Positions 1 through 10,400 of a stretch of DNA of 64,000 nucleotides are shown one piece after another. This DNA is from Cenarchaeum sp. (GTDB taxonomy: Archaea; Thermoproteota; Nitrososphaeria; Nitrososphaerales; Nitrosopumilaceae): contig CBDESU010000002.1 in the NCBI GenBank assembly GCA_965242695.1, forward strand, positions 192,001-256,000, given 5' to 3'. The position numbers were made by a program, and so were the translations under genes. Each line of letters begins with the position of its first letter. The first letter of the stretch is position 1. A model generated the notes under the pieces. That model ran no database searches, was not told where the DNA came from, and saw nothing but the letters and a program-made list of their open reading frames with translations.

Positions 1-1
1 G

Positions 2-253
2 AAAATTCAGTCGGTGCTAAATGATGCCAAGGCGTTTGCAGTCGATTTTGAAGATGCAAGGGAGAAAAATGAAGGGCTGGAGTGCACCGTAGTGATGGAA
101 CCGGCGGCGGCCGGCGAGTGCGAGGGGGCAGAGTCATGCGCCCAAGCAATCGGTCACCTAAAAGACAGAGACTGCAAGGTAATCCGGCGGAACGGCATAA
201 AACCGTGCGCCCAACAACTGGGGCGGCGCCTGGGGGCATCCGGCCTGCCATAA
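2..253 (+). CDS. C-terminal end of a protein truncated by the window edge (hypothetical)
   Basis: Frame open from base 2 (KIQSVLNDAKAFAVDFEDAREKNEGLECTVVMEP...) to TAA at 251-253. Lower GC than flanks and a normal amino-acid composition. Confidence 0.5.
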   Translation, partial: KIQSVLNDAKAFAVDFEDAREKNEGLECTVVMEPAAAGECEGAESCAQAIGHLKDRDCKVIRRNGIKPCAQQLGRRLGASGLP

Positions 254-514
254 TGTCCGCCACATCAAACCTCACGGCCGCGGGCCTAGCGCTACGCAAC
301 CGGCGCAGGGCTGCCGGGATCCGCAGGACAGTAAATTCCATAGAAAGCCTTATCTGCCTACTCGGCGGCCGCTCTCCGAAGTGAGGCATCACAACGACAA
401 CAGTGCCGGTCCATTCCAGATCCCCTGCCTGCAGGCAGGCAAGGACGATGACACGCTGCGCGGGGAAGCACGCGGGCGGCGCAGTGAAGCGCGTCAACAG
501 AGACTAGAAGGACG

Positions 515-1066
515 GTGGATCACGTGACAGACTCAAGTCAGAAAGGGCTCGTCATAGTGTACACGGGCGGCGGCAAGGGAAAGACCACCGCCGCCCTCGG
601 CCTCGCGCTGCGGGCGTCGGGGTACGGGCGCCGCATCTGCATGGTCCAGTTCATAAAGGGATCGTGGCACTACGGCGAGATGGACTCGGCAGAGATGCTC
701 GGGCCCCGGTTCGAGCTCGTCCCGGCCGGCAAGGGGTTCGTCGGAATCATAGACGACAAGAGCCCGCGCTCCGAGCACGAGGCCGCCGCGCGGGCGGCCC
801 TCGCCGAGGCAAAGAGACGCATCGACTCGGACGCGTACGACCTGGTCATACTCGACGAGGTCAACTACGCCGTAGGACTCGGCCTGGTCGGCATCGGGGA
901 CGTGCTCGACATAGTCCGCGGCAGGCCCGCGCGCCTGGATGTGGTGCTGACCGGCAACGGGGCGCGCGAGGAGCTGATCGGCGAGGCCGACCTGGTCACG
1001 GAGATGAGAGAGATCAAGCACCCGTACAAGTCGGGCATCAAGGCCAAGAAGGGAATCGACTTTTGA
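515..1066 (+). CDS. cobO: Cob(I)yrinic acid a,c-diamide adenosyltransferase (CobO/BtuR)
   Basis: Motifs GLVIVYTGGGKGKTTAALG, VQFIKG, LVILDEVN, VVLTG, ADLVTEM and KHPYKSGIKAKKGIDF are all CobO/BtuR signatures. Confidence 0.95.
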   Translation: MDHVTDSSQKGLVIVYTGGGKGKTTAALGLALRASGYGRRICMVQFIKGSWHYGEMDSAEMLGPRFELVPAGKGFVGIIDDKSPRSEHEAAARAALAEAKRRIDSDAYDLVILDEVNYAVGLGLVGIGDVLDIVRGRPARLDVVLTGNGAREELIGEADLVTEMREIKHPYKSGIKAKKGIDF

Positions 1067-1134
1067 GCGCCCGCGGGCGGCGGCACGACGCGGCCGCTTG
1101 GCGGCCTTTAGGAGAAATGGGGGGCCGGGCAGGC

Positions 1135-1356
1135 CTAGAAACCCTGCCAAGCGCCCGGCGCGGATGCGCCCTGCCTGTTCTTGAACGGGCAGGTGCCTCC
1201 TTCCCCGTCGTACTCGCCGTCGTGTGCACCGTCGGCGCCCGTCGGCTCGGCCTGCCCGCCTGGTGCCGCGTACGCGTACCCGATCGGGGCGACCGCAATC
1301 GAAAGGATCGCCGTCACTGCAACGGCCGCAAGCACGGCCGTCGTTGCCTTGTTCAT
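1135..1356 (-). CDS. Small secreted/membrane-anchored hypothetical protein
   Basis: N-terminal signal-like hydrophobic stretch (MNKATTAVLAAVAVTAILSIAVAPIGYAYA), then acidic DGEYDGEGGTCPFK. TTAA element upstream at ~1381. Confidence 0.6.
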   Translation of the reverse strand: MNKATTAVLAAVAVTAILSIAVAPIGYAYAAPGGQAEPTGADGAHDGEYDGEGGTCPFKNRQGASAPGAWQGF

Positions 1357-1689
1357 GCCCCGCCCCGCAGGCGGCCCTACTTAACAGTTGGGCAAGCGGC
1401 CCGCGGCGGCCCGCGGCGGCCCCGCACGGCGCAGGGGCAGCGCCGGACGCTGCCGGCAAGAGGCCCGAACAGCCCGGCCTGCCCGCTGCGCGCGGCCCCC
1501 GCCCGGGCTCCCCCATGCCAGGGCGCCAAGGGAATGCCGCGCGCCGCCGGACCGCTACGCAGGGACGGCGCGCGGCACGGGACTGCGCGCAGCCCGCATC
1601 GCAGCCCTGGCCCGGCGCCCGCGCCCGCCGTGCGCGCCCCAGCCACGGCTCGCGCCGCCCGTCCCGCATCCTCGGGATCGCACTGGCTC

Positions 1690-2349
1690 CTACTCCCGCC
1701 GAACATGCCTTACGACGTCCTCTGGCCCGTCCACTAGGACAGCCCCGTGCCCGACCAGCCCTCCCGCCCAAGAGGCTGCGGGGCCCGACACGACCGACCG
1801 GTGCAGGAACAGCGGCCTGCCGAGCCTGATCGCATCCAGGGCGTGGTGCCTTGTCCCGCTAGAGCTGCCCGTCGCGCTCGCAACCACGGTTGCATCCGAC
1901 AGCAGGGCCATCGTAGTGTTGCGCCTGACAAAGTTCGACCGCGATACCGGGCTGCCCTCCTCAAACTGCGAGACGGCCAGGTGGCCGCGCACGATCTCTT
2001 CCTGTAGGCCGGCGTTTGACGCGGGGTACGACCTTTCAAGGGGCGTGCCGATCACCGCGATTGTGCGTCCTCCCGAGTCGATGGCCTCGCGGTGCGCCGC
2101 CGCGTCCACTCCCGCGGCCAGCCCGCTGACGACCACGGCACCGGCCCCCGACAGGGCCCTCGAGACGGCGCGGGCCGCGGCCAGGCCAGAGTCGGGGGCG
2201 TTCCTCGACCCTATTACCGAGACCCTCGGCCCGGGCAGGGGAATCTCCATGGGGCCCGCCGCATGCAGCGCGCGCGGGGCGCACTTTGCCTCCGCTGCGG
2301 CGAGCCGGCGGCCAAGCAGGTCCTCCATGCCGACCGTCCGAACCGCCAT
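1690..2349 (-). CDS. dprA: DprA/Smf-family (Rossmann-fold) DNA-processing protein
   Basis: VSVIGSR, VVVSGLAAGVDAAAH, RTIAVIGTPL..YPASN, SQF, NFVRRN and SGT motifs. Start chosen at ATG 2349 (MAVRTVG); the longer ORF adds only Arg/Pro/Gly-rich low-complexity sequence. Confidence 0.85.
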   Translation of the reverse strand: MAVRTVGMEDLLGRRLAAAEAKCAPRALHAAGPMEIPLPGPRVSVIGSRNAPDSGLAAARAVSRALSGAGAVVVSGLAAGVDAAAHREAIDSGGRTIAVIGTPLERSYPASNAGLQEEIVRGHLAVSQFEEGSPVSRSNFVRRNTTMALLSDATVVASATGSSSGTRHHALDAIRLGRPLFLHRSVVSGPAASWAGGLVGHGAVLVDGPEDVVRHVRRE

Positions 2350-2659
2350 TCCCGCCCGGCCTCTTGGCCGGGCCCCGGTCACCACGACCCCGCGCCCCCG
2401 GCGGGCGGCCCCGGCGCCATCGGCCCGCCCCGCGGCGCTGGAGCCAGGCGGCGCCCCACCCAGCGGCAGCTGCTCCTGCACGGCCAACGGCGGCGGCCGG
2501 CGGCGCCCGCCTAAATGCATTCGCCGGCCGAGGCGCCCGAAGTTCGGACGGGAGGAACGGCGCCGCATGCTCCGCGCCGGCGCAGGCTAGGGCCAGGCCG
2601 CGTCACGCGGAAAGGAGAACCCTGCCGCGCGGCCGCCGCGGATGCTGCGGGGCCGAGTG

Positions 2660-3121
2660 CTACGGGGCGTACGTTCCCGTCAGGACGGCCCGCTCGATCA
2701 CGTGCCCCTTCACGGCCCCCTCGAGCGCGGCGCGATCCGAGCCGGCGGCAAGCCCGATCCTTGCATCCAGTGCGTACAGCGTGAAGACGTACGTGTGCCG
2801 GCCGTCGGGCGGGGCCGGCCCGCCGTAGCCCGTGCTACCAAAGTCCGTGAGGCCCTCTGCGGCCCCCTCGGGCAGCGGGCCCGTCCCCCCGCCTAGCCGC
2901 CCCGCCTCCGGCGGAATGTCCCACACCGTCCAGTGCACCCACACCCTGCCGGCCGGCTTCATTGCGTCCGGGTCGTCGACCACCAACGCAAGCGAGCGGC
3001 ACCCGTCCGGCACGCCGGAAAACTCGAGCGGCGGCGTGGCGTTGCCGTTCTTGTAGCCGTGCCTGCGCGGAATCTCCGCGCCGTCCGCGAACGCGGGGCT
3101 CGACAAGCGCAGTGCCGCCAT
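2660..3121 (-). CDS. YbhB/YbcL (PEBP, Raf-kinase-inhibitor-like) protein
   Basis: LSSPAF..G.EIP, SLALVVDDPDA, WVHWTVWDIP, GYGGPAPP and HTYVFTLYALD motifs. Confidence 0.92.
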   Translation of the reverse strand: MAALRLSSPAFADGAEIPRRHGYKNGNATPPLEFSGVPDGCRSLALVVDDPDAMKPAGRVWVHWTVWDIPPEAGRLGGGTGPLPEGAAEGLTDFGSTGYGGPAPPDGRHTYVFTLYALDARIGLAAGSDRAALEGAVKGHVIERAVLTGTYAP

Positions 3122-3200
3122 GCGGCGCGGCGCCGCTGGCTTGCAATTAACCCTTCCGGGGGCGCGCCGCGGGGCGCGATCGGCGCCCGCTCCAGCGCAG

Positions 3201-4274
3201 TCATCGGCCGGCCCCGGCCCCCGCCGCCGCACCGCCGGCGCCCCGGCCGCGCATCCACGAGATCACCTCGTCCAGGCTCTCGCCGAGGGACACCTCGGCC
3301 TCGAACCCGAGGACGCGCCTGGCCTTTCCCACGTCCGGCACGCGCCGCTGCACGTCGTGCTCGTACGGCGGGTCGGATACGAGCCTGAGCGGCCGCCCCG
3401 GGTTGATCCTCTCCCACACCATCCGGGCAAGCTCGGATACCGTCGTCCCCCTCGCCGACGACAGGTTGAAGTCTTCGTTTGCGGCATCGGGCGACTCCAT
3501 GGCCATCCGCAGCCCCCTCGCCACGTCCCTCCCGTTCGTGTAGTGCCGCACCTGCGCGCCCGACCCGAGGATGCGCAGGGGGTCCTGGCCGGCCAGGCAC
3601 TTTGCGGCCAGGTCGGGCACCACGTGCGACATGAGGAGCCTGACGTTGCCCGACATCACCTCTTCCTCGCCGAGCGCCCTGTCCTCGCCGACTCCGACGC
3701 AGTTGAACGGCCTCACTATCGTGTATGGCAGGCCGTACTGCTCGCGCGCGCCGTACGCAAAGTACTCGGACGCGAGCTTTTGAAAGCCGTACGTCGACGA
3801 CGGCGGCGGGCACGCGGCCTCGTGCCCCTCGGGCGTCGGCCATACGGACGCATTCTCAAAGACCATGCTCGAGCTGACGACGACGATGCGGCGGAGGCGT
3901 CCCCTCGAGTGCCGGTCCACCGCGATATCGAACGTGTTGGCCAGTATGCGTTCGTTGGCTGCGAGCAGGTCGTACGCCCGCCTGTGAAAGTACGATATGC
4001 CCCCGATCATGGCCGCGCCGGCCACGATGTAGTCGAACTCGGTGCCGGCCTCCTCCCCCTCTACCAGGCTGCGGCGGAACGCCTCGCCGGCGCAGTCGGC
4101 CCTGACAAGGCGGAACGACGGGTGCGAGTCGTGCGGGCGCACGAGCGGGCCGTACTTTGAGTAGTCGTCGACGCCGACGACCGAGTACCCGCGGCCGAGC
4201 AGCTCGGCGCACACGTACGAGCCGATGAACCCCTGCGATCCGGTGACGAGCACCGTCCCCCTCTCCGCCGCCAA
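3201..4274 (-). CDS. NAD-dependent epimerase/dehydratase (extended SDR)
   Basis: VLVTGSQGFIG, SSSMV, YGFQK (YxxxK), RPFN and RHYT motifs. Confidence 0.92.
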   Translation of the reverse strand: MAAERGTVLVTGSQGFIGSYVCAELLGRGYSVVGVDDYSKYGPLVRPHDSHPSFRLVRADCAGEAFRRSLVEGEEAGTEFDYIVAGAAMIGGISYFHRRAYDLLAANERILANTFDIAVDRHSRGRLRRIVVVSSSMVFENASVWPTPEGHEAACPPPSSTYGFQKLASEYFAYGAREQYGLPYTIVRPFNCVGVGEDRALGEEEVMSGNVRLLMSHVVPDLAAKCLAGQDPLRILGSGAQVRHYTNGRDVARGLRMAMESPDAANEDFNLSSARGTTVSELARMVWERINPGRPLRLVSDPPYEHDVQRRVPDVGKARRVLGFEAEVSLGESLDEVISWMRGRGAGGAAAGAGAGR

Positions 4275-4392
4275 CGGAGCGGCGGGCGCGGCCGAGCGTA
4301 ATAAGCGGTCGGGAGGGGGGCGCAGGAGGGGGGGGCGGAGGCTCCCGCATGCCGCGCAAAACCCTCAAAAGCCGCCCCGGTGCGGCCCCTGC

Positions 4393-4923
4393 ATGAAATG
4401 GAAGATGAGGTGCCTCGTGTGCGGCGGGCAGTTCGCCGTCGATGCCATAGAGGCGCACCTGCCCGAGTGCCTAGAGAAGGCAGGTGCAAAGGGAGGCCCC
4501 CGGTGCAAGGAGGAAACGTTCGTCGTGACGGCCAAGTGGAAGGGCCAGCGCCTGATAGTCAGGGTGGCCGCCTCCGCCAGCCTGTACGACCTGGAGCATC
4601 TCGTCCGGTACGAGTGGTTCCACTGGGACCACCTGAGCGCCTTTGTCATCGAGGGCGCCGAGTACGCGTGGAACGAGGATGATGCGAGCATGCGCGGCGT
4701 CCCGACGATGGAGGAGACGAAGGTCGGCGACGTGTTGCGCGGCGTGTCCCGCTTCAAGTACGAGTACGACTTTGGATCCACCAAGCGGGTGTACCTCGCG
4801 TCGAGCCCCGTGCCGGCCGGCGCCGCCGCAATGAAGGAAGAGATCGACGTGGTCGCCGAGCGCGTCGAGGAGGAAAAGGAGCCTGCCGCAGAGCGGAAGG
4901 ACATGGCCTTGGAGGATTTTTAG
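4393..4923 (+). CDS. pRiA4b ORF-3/TnpR-like protein with N-terminal CxxC-HxxxC zinc finger
   Basis: CLVC...HLPEC, then SLYDL..L...WF..DHLSAF and FKYEYDFGST, the pRiA4b ORF-3 family pattern. Confidence 0.7.
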   Translation: MKWKMRCLVCGGQFAVDAIEAHLPECLEKAGAKGGPRCKEETFVVTAKWKGQRLIVRVAASASLYDLEHLVRYEWFHWDHLSAFVIEGAEYAWNEDDASMRGVPTMEETKVGDVLRGVSRFKYEYDFGSTKRVYLASSPVPAGAAAMKEEIDVVAERVEEEKEPAAERKDMALEDF

Positions 4924-5282
4924 TAAGAATAGGACGCGGGCCCAGAGGCGGCCGCCATGCGCACGGTCGCCGGCCCACCCCTTCTGCCAGAGCCTGGGCA
5001 GGCGGACGGCATACGGCTTTGCCTCGAACCGCATGCTAGGCACGCCCCGCGGAAAGTCCCTAGTGGCCCTGCGGGACACATGCGCCGGGGAACACTTTCC
5101 GGTAGTGTGGATAGAGGCGGCGCTTGTGGGTCAAGAGAAGCAGATTAATAGCCCATGCCCGGACTGCGCACGATTGCCATGCTGGTGAAAAAGTTGGGCC
5201 CCGCGGGCGTCGGGGGCACGGGCCCCGCGGGCGTCGGGCTCGTCCAGCTCAACTCGCGGATTGAAACCTACGGTGATGAGAT

Positions 5283-6413
5283 ATGACAGACGGTGACAGT
5301 CTCCCAAGAGTGCAAAGCAAAAAAGAGTTTCATGAATGCCTTGAAAGCTGGATATCTCCACCCAAGCGCGAAAACGACGAAGAGTTGGGAGGACGCCTCG
5401 GGGAGCTCAAGTCATACGTGCTAGAGACAAATGGCGGTTGTAAAAAAGAAGGAACGGAGGGCGGCATGGCGTGGTCTGTGACTGACACAGGGGTGAACAA
5501 GTTGAAAATCTTACAGGTGAGATGCGACGGGGTTGTATACGAAGCATTTATGGACACGTCCGATAGTCGCTTCTACGTCCTACATACTAACGAGAGATCG
5601 GAAATCGCCACCAAAATTGTGGATATGTTTACAGACGGTTGGTCACACTCGTTTGACAGGACATGGATGTACCACGGTATACTTAAAGCAATAGCTAAAA
5701 AAACCGGAAATTCGTTCAAGGGATTCGGTGCCAGGTATTCTGATGAACTCCGCCGCAAAGCAAACGAGGACGGTAGCACATCAGAGATTGAAGACATAAA
5801 CCTGACTATCAATGGGTCAATGGCCCACAAAATAGAACAAATTATGCATAACGCAGAAGGCCTTGAAGACACAATTGCATACAACAAGCTTCGCATCATG
5901 CGTGGCGAAGGCACCAACCCCGACGAATATGCTTCTGACGATGTCAGAAATACGGGGTATTTTGCTATGAAACATGGGAAATCTGTACTCGATCACCTAG
6001 ATCTAGTGAGGATATCAAAAGATGTGTACTCAAACACGGTCATCGGTATTGAAGGCCATAGACTAGGAACACGGCAGGTCGACGGTAGGCACATTATAAA
6101 AGGCAAGACTCTAGATTTCACTTTCAAGAAGCCCATAGCAGACTTAAGGCTATTCATAAGCAGAGTGTTCGGATCTAGCAGACCTTTCAATCTCTGGGGG
6201 CTCGAGTCCGAGCTGGAAGATGGCTATTTTGACGTCCTAGGAATCGACCTGCATACGGGCGATTCCATGAACTTTGAGATTGCGAAGGATTTCATGCGAG
6301 TCTACCTCTCGGAAGGAAGCTGTGGTAACTCGGTGCTTCGCCTGCTCACCAACCTGCAGATGTACTACGGTCGAGGGGTAATCTGTGAACGAGTTGATCA
6401 ACTTGTACGCTAA
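5283..6413 (+). CDS. Hypothetical 376-aa protein, divergent member of 'component A' of a two-gene nuclease module
   Basis: Long low-GC ORF. C-terminus (LDFTF..DLRLFI...IDLHTG..F.I...LRLL) loosely parallels 12690 and 45667. Its stop overlaps a PD-(D/E)xK pseudogene. Confidence 0.75.
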   Translation: MTDGDSLPRVQSKKEFHECLESWISPPKRENDEELGGRLGELKSYVLETNGGCKKEGTEGGMAWSVTDTGVNKLKILQVRCDGVVYEAFMDTSDSRFYVLHTNERSEIATKIVDMFTDGWSHSFDRTWMYHGILKAIAKKTGNSFKGFGARYSDELRRKANEDGSTSEIEDINLTINGSMAHKIEQIMHNAEGLEDTIAYNKLRIMRGEGTNPDEYASDDVRNTGYFAMKHGKSVLDHLDLVRISKDVYSNTVIGIEGHRLGTRQVDGRHIIKGKTLDFTFKKPIADLRLFISRVFGSSRPFNLWGLESELEDGYFDVLGIDLHTGDSMNFEIAKDFMRVYLSEGSCGNSVLRLLTNLQMYYGRGVICERVDQLVR

Positions 6414-7247
6414 TAAGCACACAAGACTTGTGAATAAATTTATCGGGCTGTGCGCCGGAGCCGTGGGCTGGCCTTTGCCGCTTGGACCATAGGATATGAG
6501 GTGCAATTGATCGAAGTAGTCGTAATTTTAGACTCGGCCCGTCGAGTCGTCCCCGATCTGATCGCCTGCTCGCAAACCCTCGATCATGCTATTGTGGCAG
6601 AGTGAAAGGGCGGGTCGTCTCTAGATATTGCGCAGGACGAAAAGTACAAAGAGATGACTGCCGCAAACATAACCAGCGTGGTGACAGTTGATAATGGGAT
6701 CAATTGACGCATATCGTGGCATATGTGGTCGATTCTGACAAATACAGTCAGCTTTACGCCAACACGTCGTCTCCTTTATAGTATTCGGCGACGATTGTGT
6801 AGGGGGCGGGGAGATTTTAAATTGGAAAAGCTTAACAACGCTCTGCAAAAAGTGGAATTTCATGGTACGCGACTATAGTCCACCAAATACTGCTCTTTTT
6901 CACACGACGATGCAACTGGCGTGATCGTCTCGTATGCGATTAATGCGGTAATGCAGTGTATCAAAAAACATCCCAAATTTAAATTTGATCCAAGCGATGA
7001 GGATAGCATTACGGCAATACTAAAATGAACGCATGCATGTTATGACCTGATTTCAAGCAAACATCAAAGAGTCCTGCGGAGGAAAATCAGAGAAATGTTA
7101 AAGCAAATAAAGCAAGCCAATCCATATTTCACAAGGCAGATTACCAAGATACGGATGAAAGGGCACAGTATTGCCGTCATTCGTGAGCTTAATATAATAT
7201 GTAAAAGAATAATCAGCGACTATGTAGTCCAACAACGCCTAGATTGA
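6403..7247 (+). pseudogene. Disrupted PD-(D/E)xK nuclease ('component B')
   Basis: TTG 6403 overlaps the upstream stop. Frameshift near 6490. Reads VVPDLIACSQTLDHAIVAE*KGGSSLDIAQDEKY with TGA at 6603 inside the ExK motif. Further stops at 6705 and 7026. Ends VVQQRLD* at 7247. Confidence 0.7.
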
Positions 7248-8051
7248 CACGACCAAGCAAGGTCGTCCATGTCGACTACGTCGCAGGGCTGAGCCCTCTT
7301 TTGCAGGACAGCGGCGGGGGCAGAGATGTCGCGGCCGGGCCGCCCCGCTCGCCGGCGGCGACGGGGGCAGCTGGGGCAGGGCGCGGCGCCGGGCATCCCG
7401 GGGGCGCCGCCCGGGCCCGCGTCGGCGCGGCAGGGCCCGCCGCCCCGCAGTCCCGCATCTTCGAAAAGCCGCAGGACTGTCCTTGCCCTGACTGCGACGG
7501 GGGCCCGCATCCCGCCCTCCCCCTTGTAGTCCCGGCGCTCGAACGGCAGGCGCCGCCGGCGCCACCGCTCGACCGGGCCCTTAAAGTCGACGACCCTTGT
7601 GCCCTCTACGAGCCGCTCGCCCTCGAGCCTTCGCAGCAGCTTGTAGGTCCGCGCGTGCCCGACGCCCACCAGCCTGGCCGCGCACTGCCTTGAAGGGTCT
7701 CCGCGCGGCTAGTTGAGCGGCGCCCCGGTGATCCCGCCCTTGAAGCAGGTTCAGTACTCGGTCTTCACGGCAAGCCACGCGCGCGGCACTACAAAAAATA
7801 TGATGTTTTTTGCCCTGTGGCGGCCTAAAAACGACATATGTGCTTTTGAGGGGTGTGGGAAAAGGCGGCAGCCGAGCAGCCGCAGGCATCAGATCACGCG
7901 CGCGGGCAGGAGCAGACGAGGAAAGCGATGGCATTCGCATCCCTCTGTGCCGTGCGTTGCGGGCGCGCGCCTAGCCCATGCGGCCTCCGCTCGGCGCCGG
8001 ATCGTCCTCCTGCTCAGGGTTTAATTGGCACGCATGCGGCGGCGCGCCGTC

Positions 8052-8855
8052 ATGCCGCCCGATCCGCCCCCCGAGCTGCCCGAAGAGGGCGACATCGTAA
8101 TCGGCACCGTCGTCGAGATCATCGACCACGGCGCGTACGTCTCGCTCGACGAGTTCGACGGCATGCGCGGCTTCCTGCACATTGGCGAGATAGCCCCAGG
8201 CTGGATACGGTCCATACGGCGCCACCTCAAGGACGGCGAGAAAAAGGTCCTCCGCGTAAAGCGCGTCGACCCGCGCAGGTCCGACGTGTTCCTGTCGCTC
8301 AAGCAGGTCTCTGCCGAGCAGCGCAAGATGAAGATGCACGAGGCCAAAAAGTACGAAAAGGGTCGGACCCTGCTCGACAGCGTCCGCGAGCGCGCCGGCC
8401 TCACCGACGAGGAGACGGCAAGGATAGAGGCGGCCCTCGACGCCAAGTTCAACACCGTCCACGACGCCTTCCTGGAGATAGCCCGCGCCGGCGGCCCCGA
8501 CGGGCTCCTCAAGGGGCTTCGCCTGCCCCCAAAGGCCGCAAAGGCCATAGCCGAGGTCAGCTCCAAGATACGCCTCCCGTCCGTCGAGATCAGGGGGATA
8601 ATGGAGATTACGAGCGCCAGGCCCGACGGCGTAGAGGTGATCAAAAAGGCCCTGTCCGGCGCGCTCGGCATGCCCGGCGTCGAGGTCACGTACCTCGGGG
8701 CCCCAAAGTACCGCATCGCCGTGACCGCAAAGGACTTCAAGTCGGCCGAGAGGGAGCTAAAGCCGATCGTCGACGGCGTCCAGCGCGCCGTCGAGAAGAA
8801 AAAGGGCTCGTTCGCGTTCTCGCGCGAAGAGTCCAGGAAGACCAGGGAGGGCTGA
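8052..8855 (+). CDS. eif2a: Translation initiation factor 2 alpha subunit (aIF2-alpha)
   Basis: S1 domain (LPEEGDIVIGTV..I.DHGAYVSLDEF...GFLHIGEIAPGWIR) and the C-terminal YLGAPKYRI motif. Confidence 0.95.
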   Translation: MPPDPPPELPEEGDIVIGTVVEIIDHGAYVSLDEFDGMRGFLHIGEIAPGWIRSIRRHLKDGEKKVLRVKRVDPRRSDVFLSLKQVSAEQRKMKMHEAKKYEKGRTLLDSVRERAGLTDEETARIEAALDAKFNTVHDAFLEIARAGGPDGLLKGLRLPPKAAKAIAEVSSKIRLPSVEIRGIMEITSARPDGVEVIKKALSGALGMPGVEVTYLGAPKYRIAVTAKDFKSAERELKPIVDGVQRAVEKKKGSFAFSREESRKTREG

Positions 8856-8875
8856 CAAAACTGGCAAAGCCGCTG

Positions 8876-9121
8876 ATGCGCAGGTGCCCCGCATGCGGCC
8901 GCTACACGCTGAAGCGCGAGTGCGGTGAGTGCGGTGAGGATACGGCCGGCGCCCACCCCGCCAGGTACTCGCCCGACGACAAGTACGCAAGGTACAGGCT
9001 AGCCGAGAGGTACGCCGAGGCCGGCGGGCAGGGGCCGGGCGAAGAGGCGGGCCCTGGGCCCGCCGCAGGCGAAGAGGCCAAGGAGGGCGCGGCGGGCGCC
9101 CCGGCGGTGCCCGGGGCGTGA
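8876..9121 (+). CDS. nop10: H/ACA RNP protein Nop10
   Basis: MRRCPACGRYTLKRECGECG....AHPARYSPDDKYARYR, in the conserved position after aIF2-alpha. Start may be CTG 8861. Confidence 0.9.
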   Translation: MRRCPACGRYTLKRECGECGEDTAGAHPARYSPDDKYARYRLAERYAEAGGQGPGEEAGPGPAAGEEAKEGAAGAPAVPGA

Positions 9122-10134
9122 GCGCGCACCTGCCGGCCGACCCGCACATGCTGTACGCGGCCGCCGCGGCCGCGGCCGCCGCATTCGGCGTAGTGTACCT
9201 GGCGACCCCGCCCCTGATCAAATGGCTCGAGGCGCGCGGCATGGGCGTGCCGGACATACACAAGCCCGGCCGCCCCACGGTCGTCCGGCCCGGCGGCATA
9301 TCCATAGCGGCCGGGCTGCTAGCCGGCATGGCCGCGCTGTACGCCGCAGCCCCGTCGAACGCGGTAGCCGCAGTGGCGGCCGTGGCGGCCGCCGCCTTTG
9401 CCGTCGGCATCGTCGACGACCTGCGCGTCATGGGCGGCTGGTTCAAGCCCGTCTGCCTTGCGGCATGCTCGGCGCCCATACTCGCCCTCGGCGCGTACGA
9501 CACCTCGATGGCGTTCCCGCCGTTTGGCGACGTGCGCATACCCATCCTGTACCTGGCCGTCGTGCCCGTGATGGTCTCGACCATGGGCAACACGGCCAAC
9601 TCGATAGACGTCGGCAATGGCATACTGAGCGGGGCGATGGCCATGGCCGGGGCGGCCCTGGCGGCCGCGCTGGCCATGGACGGGAGCCTCGCCATGGCCG
9701 GCGCGGCCGCTGCCCTGTCTGCCGCCTCGCTTGCCTTCTACAGGTTCCACCGCCTGCCGAGCCGCATATTCCCGGGCGACTCTGGGGCCCTCGTCCTCGG
9801 CGCCTCGTACGGCGCGATCGCCGTCGCAGGCGGCGCCGAGATCGTCGCCGTGATCGCCGTCCTGCCGGCCGTCTTCAACTCGTTCCTGTACCTGGCAAGC
9901 GTGAGGCGCATCGTCGAGCACAGGCAGCTAGAGGGCGGCAGCGGCGTCGACATACTGCCGGACTGCAGGCTGGCGGCATCGCCGCGGCCGAACGCGCCCC
10001 TCTCGCTCGTGCGGCTCCTCGTCTCGGACGGCCCGCTGACCGAGGGGCAGATGTGCGCGGCCATACTGCGGCTCGTCGCGTTCACGAGCTGCCTGGCCGT
10101 GGCGACGGCCGCCGCGGGGGCGCTGGTGCAGTGA
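9118..10134 (+). CDS. Polyprenyl-phosphate GlcNAc-1-phosphate transferase (GT4/MraY-like; AglH/Alg7-like)
   Basis: DIHK, GGI, GIVDD, N..N.ID..NG and IFPGDSG motifs; many TM helices. Confidence 0.88.
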   Translation: MSAHLPADPHMLYAAAAAAAAAFGVVYLATPPLIKWLEARGMGVPDIHKPGRPTVVRPGGISIAAGLLAGMAALYAAAPSNAVAAVAAVAAAAFAVGIVDDLRVMGGWFKPVCLAACSAPILALGAYDTSMAFPPFGDVRIPILYLAVVPVMVSTMGNTANSIDVGNGILSGAMAMAGAALAAALAMDGSLAMAGAAAALSAASLAFYRFHRLPSRIFPGDSGALVLGASYGAIAVAGGAEIVAVIAVLPAVFNSFLYLASVRRIVEHRQLEGGSGVDILPDCRLAASPRPNAPLSLVRLLVSDGPLTEGQMCAAILRLVAFTSCLAVATAAAGALVQ

Positions 10135-10400
10135 CGGCCCGCGCCGCGACGCGGCTGTACGCGTTCATGGCCGTCATGTGGGGCATGCTGCTCGGCGGCG
10201 GCGGGCTGTTCGTCCTCGTCCTCGGCCCCCTCTCCGTGTCGGGGCTCGGGCAGTACGACGCGGCGGCCTCGTCGGCCCTCAAGGCTGCGGTCGCCGCGGG
10301 GTTTGTCGCCGCGTGGGTGATCGCGCTCGCAAGGGCGAACAGCTGGATGTTCCGGCGCGGGGAGAATGTAAGGGAAGAGGACACGAAGGGGAGGGCGTAA
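10131..10400 (+). CDS. Small two-TM membrane protein
   Basis: GTGA overlap with the upstream stop. Two hydrophobic helices (YAFMAVMWGMLLGGGGLFVLVLGP; ALKAAVAAGFVAAWVIAL). Confidence 0.65.
   Translation: MTARAATRLYAFMAVMWGMLLGGGGLFVLVLGPLSVSGLGQYDAAASSALKAAVAAGFVAAWVIALARANSWMFRRGENVREEDTKGRA

Noticed and set aside
400-514. 16-bp palindrome CCTGCCTGCAGGCAGG (424-439) upstream of cobO, considered as a cobalamin riboswitch
   Set aside because: No B12-box or other riboswitch consensus visible; an Rfam/Infernal search would be needed.
5196-5238. Short GC-rich direct repeats (also 33365-33415)
   Set aside because: Two copies only, consistent with slippage.
6603-6605. In-frame TGA at a likely Cys position, and TAG at 20578, as possible Sec/Pyl recoding
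   Set aside because: Both genes carry additional frameshifts, stops or truncation, so pseudogenisation is simpler.
7220-7669. Possible wHTH fragment (ARTYKLLRRLEGERLVEG)
   Set aside because: Only a short motif; the rest is low complexity.
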